From Elainellaceae cyanobacterium (lineage in GTDB: Bacteria; Cyanobacteriota; Cyanobacteriia; CAZCXK01), in the NCBI GenBank assembly GCA_051117555.1, contig JBNPEG010000014.1, forward strand, positions 1-11,412: a DNA stretch of 11,412 nt, in the 5' to 3' direction. The notes under the pieces were generated by a model. The model was not told the origin of the DNA, searched no databases, and saw only the letters and a program-made list of their open reading frames with translations. This document shows, in pieces, positions 5,672 to 11,412 of the stretch. The position numbers and the translations under genes were made by a program. Every line of letters begins with the position of its first letter. Positions within the stretch are counted from its first letter, which is position 1.

Positions 5672-5929
5672 TTAGGCAGGCTGGATTAGTAAAGTTGAAC
5701 GCCACTCCAATCCGGTCAGTTCTAAAGTTGCCAGGTCAATGGATTTTATTGCTGACTGTATCCAGAATGTCGAGGGTGCGTTAGCGTAAAAGGATGCTCC
5801 AAAAATGATCGAGTCAAAGAACTGGATACATTGAGAACCAACCCAACGGTGAGCATCTTGTTTATCTCAATGGTCTAGCCAATGGTCTGGATTAGTCTTG
5901 ATTCATGTCTGTATTGTTGCTGAATAGCT

Positions 5930-6757
5930 ATGAATTTTCTCACCGATCTGCTCCCCAAACCGATTCAAGTGCCCCACATCCGCAAACAGCGCCGAGGTGT
6001 GGAAACGAAGTCTGCGCACGAAATCGAAATTATGCGTCAGGCTGCCAAGATTGTGGCGACGGTGCTCAAAGAAATTTCTGAACGGGTCGAGCCCGGCATG
6101 ACGACGGCAGACTTAGACGCTTATGCGGAAACACGCATCCGCGAAATGGGAGCAACGCCGAGCTTCAAAGGTTACTACGGGTTTCCTGCATCAATCTGCT
6201 CGTGTTTGAATGACGAGGTAGTGCACGGCATTCCGAGCGCGAAAAAGGTAATTCGCCGGGGTGACATTCTCAAGGTGGATACGGGGGCATACTTCAACGG
6301 CTTCCACGGAGATTCATGCATCACGATCCCCGTCGACACGGTTAATCCAGCGGCGGCTGAGCTGATTCGGGTGGCAGAAGAAACGCTCTACAAAGGCATT
6401 GAACAGGTCAAAGCAGGAAATCGCCTCTTAGATATTGCTGGCGCTATTCAAGACCACGCGGAAGCGAATGGCTTCAAAATCGTAGAAGATTTTACGGGGC
6501 ACGGGGTAGGGCGTAATTTACATGAAGAGCCCTCGGTATTTAACGTCCGCACTCATCAGTTACCCAATGTGAAGCTGCGAGCCGGGATGACCCTCGCGAT
6601 TGAGCCGATCTTAAATGCAGGCTCTAAGCATACTCGCACTCTGCGCGATCGCTGGACTGTTGTCACGGTCGATCGGTCTCTGTCTGCCCAATTTGAGCAC
6701 ACTGTCTTGGTGACCGAAACCGGCTACGAGATTTTGACCGATCGCTCAACGGTGTAG
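5930..6757 (+). CDS. map: Type I methionine aminopeptidase
   Basis: [16 protein letters not shown], metal ligands in DTG, GDS, GHGVG, IEP and SAQFEHT. Confidence 0.97.
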   Translation: MNFLTDLLPKPIQVPHIRKQRRGVETKSAHEIEIMRQAAKIVATVLKEISERVEPGMTTADLDAYAETRIREMGATPSFKGYYGFPASICSCLNDEVVHGIPSAKKVIRRGDILKVDTGAYFNGFHGDSCITIPVDTVNPAAAELIRVAEETLYKGIEQVKAGNRLLDIAGAIQDHAEANGFKIVEDFTGHGVGRNLHEEPSVFNVRTHQLPNVKLRAGMTLAIEPILNAGSKHTRTLRDRWTVVTVDRSLSAQFEHTVLVTETGYEILTDRSTV

Positions 6758-7402
6758 ACCTGCTCCAAATCCTGCCAGGGCGATCGCCATTGGATAAATC
6801 CGGTGTTCTTGCACTTGAATCCGCTGGTGCAGCCTATCCGGAGTATCATCGGGCAAAATGGGCACAACGGCTTGCATGACGATGGGGCCGCTATCCATTT
6901 TGAGAATGGCGTGGTGAACCGTACAGCCAGTGACTTTCACGCCTGCGTCGAGGGCTTGTTTAACGGCATGAATTCCCGGAAAGCTCGGCAGTAGGCTGGG
7001 GTGGATGTTCAAAATCCGATTTGGGAATGCGTCGATCAAGACATCGGTGACAAGACGCATCCAGCCCGCCATAATGATCCAATCAACGCCATGCTGACGA
7101 AAGGTGCTGACGATCGCGCGATCGAGGGCTTTTCGGTCGGGAATATCGCGGTGATTAATCAACACGGTAGGAATCCCCCATCGCTCGGCTCTCTGAACTG
7201 CCTTAGCTCCGGGATTGTTGTAAACCATGACCTGGATCTGGGCATTCAAGTGCCGGTCGGTAATTGCCTGGGCGATCGCCTCAAAGTTGCTGCCGCTGCC
7301 CGATGCCATGATACCGAGCCGCAGTGGGCTCCCAGACTGAGGAATATCGTGCAGAGATGCGATCGGGGGTGAAATCAGGCTTAGATCAGTCGGAGAAGTC
7401 AT
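6746..7402 (-). CDS. purN: Phosphoribosylglycinamide formyltransferase
   Basis: [45 protein letters not shown]. The ATG at 7402 (MTSPTD) is preferred over the longest-ORF start at 7465. Confidence 0.96.
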   Translation of the reverse strand: MTSPTDLSLISPPIASLHDIPQSGSPLRLGIMASGSGSNFEAIAQAITDRHLNAQIQVMVYNNPGAKAVQRAERWGIPTVLINHRDIPDRKALDRAIVSTFRQHGVDWIIMAGWMRLVTDVLIDAFPNRILNIHPSLLPSFPGIHAVKQALDAGVKVTGCTVHHAILKMDSGPIVMQAVVPILPDDTPDRLHQRIQVQEHRIYPMAIALAGFGAGLHR

Positions 7403-7539
7403 TATCAGATATCCGAAAATGGCTACGGCAAGATTCAAGATCGATTTGACGGGCGATCGCGCCAATCATTTAGTGCCAAGACCCTTCATCTTATCCGAAT
7501 CTCATAGCAAAATAATTGAGAATCTTTCTGGATGCGTCC

Positions 7540-8397
7540 ATGTCCTCCAATCGCCACGATCTAGAAGCCTGGTTATTTCTGACTCCTGCGCTAATCGTGC
7601 TCGGCATCTTTGTGCTGTATCCAATTGCCTATTTGGGCTATCTCAGTTTCACCACGGGCAGCTTCACCCGCGAGGGCGTTCACTGGGTCGGGATGCGCAA
7701 CTACTGGCGGCTATTGCTCAACCCCGATTTCTGGCAGGTGTTGGGCAATACCCTCTATTTCACCGTTGCCACTGTTATTCCCAGTCTGGTGATTCCGTTA
7801 GGATTAGCCGCTCTGCTCAATCGGAGTCTTGCCCTGCGAGGAGTATTGAGAACGGCTTACTTCATCCCGTCTATTACATCACTCGTGGCAGTCGGGCTAG
7901 GATTTCGCTGGCTATTTCAAACCAATGGCCCTGTGAATGATCTATTAGGTGTGGTTGGCCTTGACCCGATCCCGTGGTTGGGCAGCACCACATGGGCGAT
8001 GCCGGTGATCATTGTGCTCAGCGTTTGGAAGCAAATCGGGTTCAACATGGTGGTGTTTTTGGCGGGGCTGCAAACCATTCCTCAAACTCGCTATGAAGCG
8101 GCTGAACTCGATGGCGCCAATAGTTGGCAACAATTTTGGCACATAACTCTGCCTGGTCTTCGCCCGACGCTGGTGTTTGCTACAGTGACGACCGCAATTT
8201 TTACGATTCGCAGCTTTGAACAACCCTACGTGATGACGGGGGGTGGGCCGCTCAACTCAACCAACCTGCTGGTGTTTTACATTTATAATCAGGCGTTTGC
8301 TCAGTTTGATTTTGGCTATGCTGCCGCCGCGACAACTGTATTATTGGTGATTGCGTTTATGTTCGTCTATCTCCAGCTTCGCACCTTTAGCGAATAA
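7540..8397 (+). CDS. Carbohydrate ABC transporter permease (MalF/UgpA-like, CUT1 family)
   Basis: WLFLTPAL, WVGMRNY, FWQVLGNT, EAA loop YEAAELDGAN, ITLPGLRP, MTGGGP, FGYAAA. The ATG at 7540 is preferred; a TTG at 7516 is possible. Confidence 0.93.
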   Translation: MSSNRHDLEAWLFLTPALIVLGIFVLYPIAYLGYLSFTTGSFTREGVHWVGMRNYWRLLLNPDFWQVLGNTLYFTVATVIPSLVIPLGLAALLNRSLALRGVLRTAYFIPSITSLVAVGLGFRWLFQTNGPVNDLLGVVGLDPIPWLGSTTWAMPVIIVLSVWKQIGFNMVVFLAGLQTIPQTRYEAAELDGANSWQQFWHITLPGLRPTLVFATVTTAIFTIRSFEQPYVMTGGGPLNSTNLLVFYIYNQAFAQFDFGYAAAATTVLLVIAFMFVYLQLRTFSE

Positions 8398-8441
8398 CAA
8401 TTAACGAATAATAATCATGATGGTAAGGACTCGTTTGGGCA

Positions 8442-8642
8442 ATGACTAATGACTTGACGATTAAGCTAGACCAATTTCTGAAGCTAACGGGGGCTGTACA
8501 AACGGGGGGAGAAGCCAAACTCGTCATCCAGTTTGGCGAAGTCACGGTCAATGGGGAGATCGAAACCCGTCGCGGGCGAAAACTCACACCGGGCGATCGC
8601 GTCACCTATGCAGGGGAAACGTATCAAGTTGCAGCCGATTAA
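8442..8642 (+). CDS. S4-domain RNA-binding protein (YbcJ/YaaA family)
   Basis: IKLDQFLK..G...TGGEAK..IQ.GEV.VNGEIETRRGRKL..GD.V is the S4_2 family pattern. Confidence 0.93.
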   Translation: MTNDLTIKLDQFLKLTGAVQTGGEAKLVIQFGEVTVNGEIETRRGRKLTPGDRVTYAGETYQVAAD

Positions 8643-8663
8643 TGGCATAGATTTAGCGTCAGC

Positions 8664-10265
8664 TTATGACTCATCTCGGTCGCTACCGCCCACCAGCACT
8701 TCTTCGAGCATGGGCGATAGACTCTCCTTAAGACGACCCGCTCGAATAAACTCTGCATAAGTATCTGACTCGATCGCCAGCATTTCTTCTCGAAGCTGAT
8801 TGGTGACTAGTTCTCGAAACTGAGGATATTTGGCTTGGAGGTCGTTAATCTCATCTCGCACGCTGCTCAACTGCCCTTGGACAAGCGCTGACTGATAGTC
8901 GTAATAGTCAGGTTCGATTTCTCGTCGATTGGCGACGGCTTTGAGATGGTCAAGTACGCGATTCAGCGCCACCCGTCGGGCGATCGCCTCTAGATACTTC
9001 TGGCGCAGAGGTTCATCACCCAGCAAACCGAGCGTTTCGAGGAGGGGCTTGGTGGTCATGCCTTGCACAAGGAGGGTAAACAGCATCACGCCAAACACGA
9101 CGGCAATGATGGTTTCTCGTTCGGCCAAGGTTTCAGGAACACTCAGCGCTAGTGCGACGGATACTGACCCTCGCAAGCCCCCCCACCACAACACGGTGCG
9201 CTCCTTCCATGAGACGTGTGCCTCGACCAGCCAATTGCTGATGCTGCCCAATCCATAAATGCCGATGGCGCGAGTTAGAATCACCGTGGCGATCGCAATG
9301 CCGATGAGCACAATATTTTCTCCGAGGCTCTCAAATCGAATTTGATCCCCGATGAGCAAAAACACAATCGAGTTCACGAAGAACGCGATAAATTCCCAAA
9401 ACTCTGACACAATCAACCGAGTCCGGGGATTCATGCCAATGCGAGAGCCGAAATTACCGAGAATGAGCCCCACCGTTACTACTGAGATAACTCCTGATCC
9501 CCCCAGATCTTCGGCGATGATATAGGTTCCGTAGGCAGCGATCAGAGTAAGGGACTGTTCAACGGTGGGCAGATTGAACCGTTGCGTCAAAAATGAGATG
9601 CCAAAGCCAATCAGGGCACCAATTCCAGTGCCGATGCCGACAAATGCCAGAAATCGGGCGATCGCCACAGGCACCGTTAAATCATCACTGCCCAGGCTAA
9701 CCTCCAGCAAAAGCGTAAAGGCTACCACTGCCACTCCATCATTAAACAAGCTTTCGCCTTCCATCAGAATAGTGAGGTGCTTATTGACCCCCAGTTCTCG
9801 GAACAGAGCAATGACCGATACTGGGTCAGTCGCAGACAGGCTTGCCCCGATGAGGAGGGCAGTTCCGAGGGACAATCCGGCGAGGGCTTGGAGCCCAAAG
9901 GCAATCCCCGTCACGGAAATAATCACTCCCACAATTGCATATAAGCCGATAGGCGCAAAGTTTTGCCTGAGCTTCGACCATTCCAAATTCCATCCAGCTT
10001 CAAATAGAAGGGGAGGGAGAAAAATCAGCAGAATGAGTTCGGGAGACAGGGTCACAATTCGCACATTGAGGATTGCTAGCCCCAACCCGACAATCACCAG
10101 CAGCAGGGTGTAAGGAATTTGACGAAACCAACTCAGGGTTCGTGAAAGGGTTGCTACGCTTAGAGACACGCAGATGACTAACAGAAACTGCGCGAGCTTG
10201 GCTTCAATCGCTTCACCGGCTAGGTCGGTGGCAAGAACTATAGTGTGTAGCATTGCTGCTGTCAT
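8664..10265 (-). CDS. nhaP: CPA1-family Na+/H+ antiporter (NhaP / cyanobacterial NhaS1-like) with hydrophilic C-terminal tail
   Basis: FLPPLLFEAG, SATDPVSV, EGESLFNDGVAVV, FWEF, GGLRGSVSVALALS, TLLVQG. The start is probably the ATG at 10265 (or 10253), not 10319. Confidence 0.93.
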   Translation of the reverse strand: MTAAMLHTIVLATDLAGEAIEAKLAQFLLVICVSLSVATLSRTLSWFRQIPYTLLLVIVGLGLAILNVRIVTLSPELILLIFLPPLLFEAGWNLEWSKLRQNFAPIGLYAIVGVIISVTGIAFGLQALAGLSLGTALLIGASLSATDPVSVIALFRELGVNKHLTILMEGESLFNDGVAVVAFTLLLEVSLGSDDLTVPVAIARFLAFVGIGTGIGALIGFGISFLTQRFNLPTVEQSLTLIAAYGTYIIAEDLGGSGVISVVTVGLILGNFGSRIGMNPRTRLIVSEFWEFIAFFVNSIVFLLIGDQIRFESLGENIVLIGIAIATVILTRAIGIYGLGSISNWLVEAHVSWKERTVLWWGGLRGSVSVALALSVPETLAERETIIAVVFGVMLFTLLVQGMTTKPLLETLGLLGDEPLRQKYLEAIARRVALNRVLDHLKAVANRREIEPDYYDYQSALVQGQLSSVRDEINDLQAKYPQFRELVTNQLREEMLAIESDTYAEFIRAGRLKESLSPMLEEVLVGGSDRDES

Positions 10266-10384
10266 ATTCCCACTGCAATTAAAAATTGAGTTTCGCGTGA
10301 TAGTAAAATCTGGAGACAAATCGACGATTCGCCTCTCTCAGGGTATTACATCTGTTTGCAAATCTGGATTGTAAGTCTACAGTT

Positions 10385-11356
10385 TCACCTTTCTTTCTTC
10401 TGGATAGCAAGCGTGTTACGCTCCCAAAACACGCCATCGGAGACTCCTTGAATTTCAGATTCAGACTCCGCAATCTCTAATCTCCGTTCAGCTAGTAAGC
10501 TATAGTCTTCATCCAGTTCGATCCCTAGATACTTGCGTCCGAGCTTCTTAGAAACTACCGAGGTTGTGCCGCTCCCAAGAAACGGATCTAGAACAAAATC
10601 ACCCAAATTCGTACTGGCTAATATCAATTTTGCAATCAGCTTTTCACTCTTTTGAGTCGGATGATCGGTATTCTCTGGCATAGACCAAAATGGAATCGTA
10701 ATATCAGTCCAAATGTTTGAAGGATGGGTATCGCGAAAATTCCCTGTTCTCGTAATTTCCCAGTCTTTAGGAGTGCCATCTCCGTTTCTATACGGTGCAA
10801 TCACTCGTCTCCGAGTCTTCACGTCGTTGACATTAAATGTGTAGTTGTCTGACATTGTGCAAAACCAAATATCCTCACTAGAGTTCTTCCAGTTAGATTT
10901 AGCGCCTCGACCTTTTTCACGCTCCCAGGTGATCCGATTTTGCACAATAAAATGTGACGAAGCGACTGTGAATATTGAAGTTGAAGAGAGCCAGTCACCA
11001 CAGATATAAATAGAAGCGGTTTGTTTTAATAAAGGTTTTAGGATGCAAATAACGTCATCTAGCCACGTTGTATATTCATCAACGGTGCGTTTTGAAAATT
11101 TACGTCCGTTGAAACTTTTAGTTAGGTTATAAGGCGGATCAAGAACCAGCAAATCTACAAAATTTGGGGGCAACAGTTTAGCGACGTTGAAACAATTACC
11201 CTGAATCGTGCCCGTGGGTGGAACGGATAGAGATTTTGACGATAAATTTTTAAGAATACGAGGCATTAATCTGGCTCTATCCCTGTGATCCAGCGTGAGA
11301 GTCCGATTCATCGGAGCACGTTGCTTGTCTTGGCTAGGTTGAATCGAGCTAGACAT
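10385..11356 (-). CDS. Site-specific DNA methyltransferase, N6-adenine/N4-cytosine, beta class
   Basis: Catalytic motif DPPY comes first, then HPTQK, then the SAM-binding motif VLDPFLGSGTT (beta order). The ATG at 11356 has GGAG upstream. The longest ORF starts at 11395 (GTG). Confidence 0.93.
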   Translation of the reverse strand: MSSSIQPSQDKQRAPMNRTLTLDHRDRARLMPRILKNLSSKSLSVPPTGTIQGNCFNVAKLLPPNFVDLLVLDPPYNLTKSFNGRKFSKRTVDEYTTWLDDVICILKPLLKQTASIYICGDWLSSTSIFTVASSHFIVQNRITWEREKGRGAKSNWKNSSEDIWFCTMSDNYTFNVNDVKTRRRVIAPYRNGDGTPKDWEITRTGNFRDTHPSNIWTDITIPFWSMPENTDHPTQKSEKLIAKLILASTNLGDFVLDPFLGSGTTSVVSKKLGRKYLGIELDEDYSLLAERRLEIAESESEIQGVSDGVFWERNTLAIQKKER

Positions 11357-11412
11357 TGATATCGTTCTCCATACATGAAGCCCCACATCCATCACTTATA
11401 GCAAAAGGCAGA

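Larger units (their letters stand above)
1099..9665. repeat. HIP1 (GCGATCGC) dispersed octamer, 19 copies counted
   Basis: Copies start at 1099, 1786, 2124, 2597, 2934, 3729, 4069, 4252, 4675, 4838, 5218, 6645, 6780, 7272, 7453, 8593, 8980, 9289 and 9658. This is a hallmark of cyanobacterial genomes. Confidence 0.93.

Noticed and set aside
5930..6757. map as part of a cobalt regulon with the importer
   Set aside because: MetAP is a housekeeping enzyme whose in vivo metal is not necessarily cobalt. It is separated by a 334-bp spacer, and I saw no shared operator.
7001..10113. Longer shadow ORFs (7001-7372, 7419-7940, 8929-9258, 9565-10113) and other short track ORFs
   Set aside because: They are antisense or off-frame to well-supported genes and have no recognisable motifs. 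Such ORFs are expected by-products of codon bias.

Overview
Cyanobacterial chromosomal window: I count 19 copies of the HIP1 octamer GCGATCGC between 1099 and 9665. From left to right it contains: (1) the 5' part of a CobO/BtuR-like gene with a degenerate P-loop, on the minus strand and missed by the ORF track; (2) a repeat-rich divergent intergenic region with a nested MITE/REP-like element, two perfect tandem duplications and a candidate InrS/RcnR-type operator; (3) a five-gene Ni/Co ECF uptake operon (acidic His-motif lipoprotein, NikL/CbiL-like exported membrane-anchored protein, NikM/CbiM, CbiQ, CbiO; no NikN/CbiN); (4) an exported cupredoxin, map, purN, a lone sugar ABC permease, an S4 RNA-binding protein and an NhaP/NhaS1-type Na+/H+ antiporter; (5) an AT-richer, HIP1-free beta-class N6A/N4C DNA methyltransferase. 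Most genes belong to known families. The most promising leads are the lipoprotein-assisted ECF metal importer with its putative operator, the Walker-A-less CobO homolog, and the three-layer nested miniature element at 569-715. Family assignments come from motif recognition only; no searches were run.
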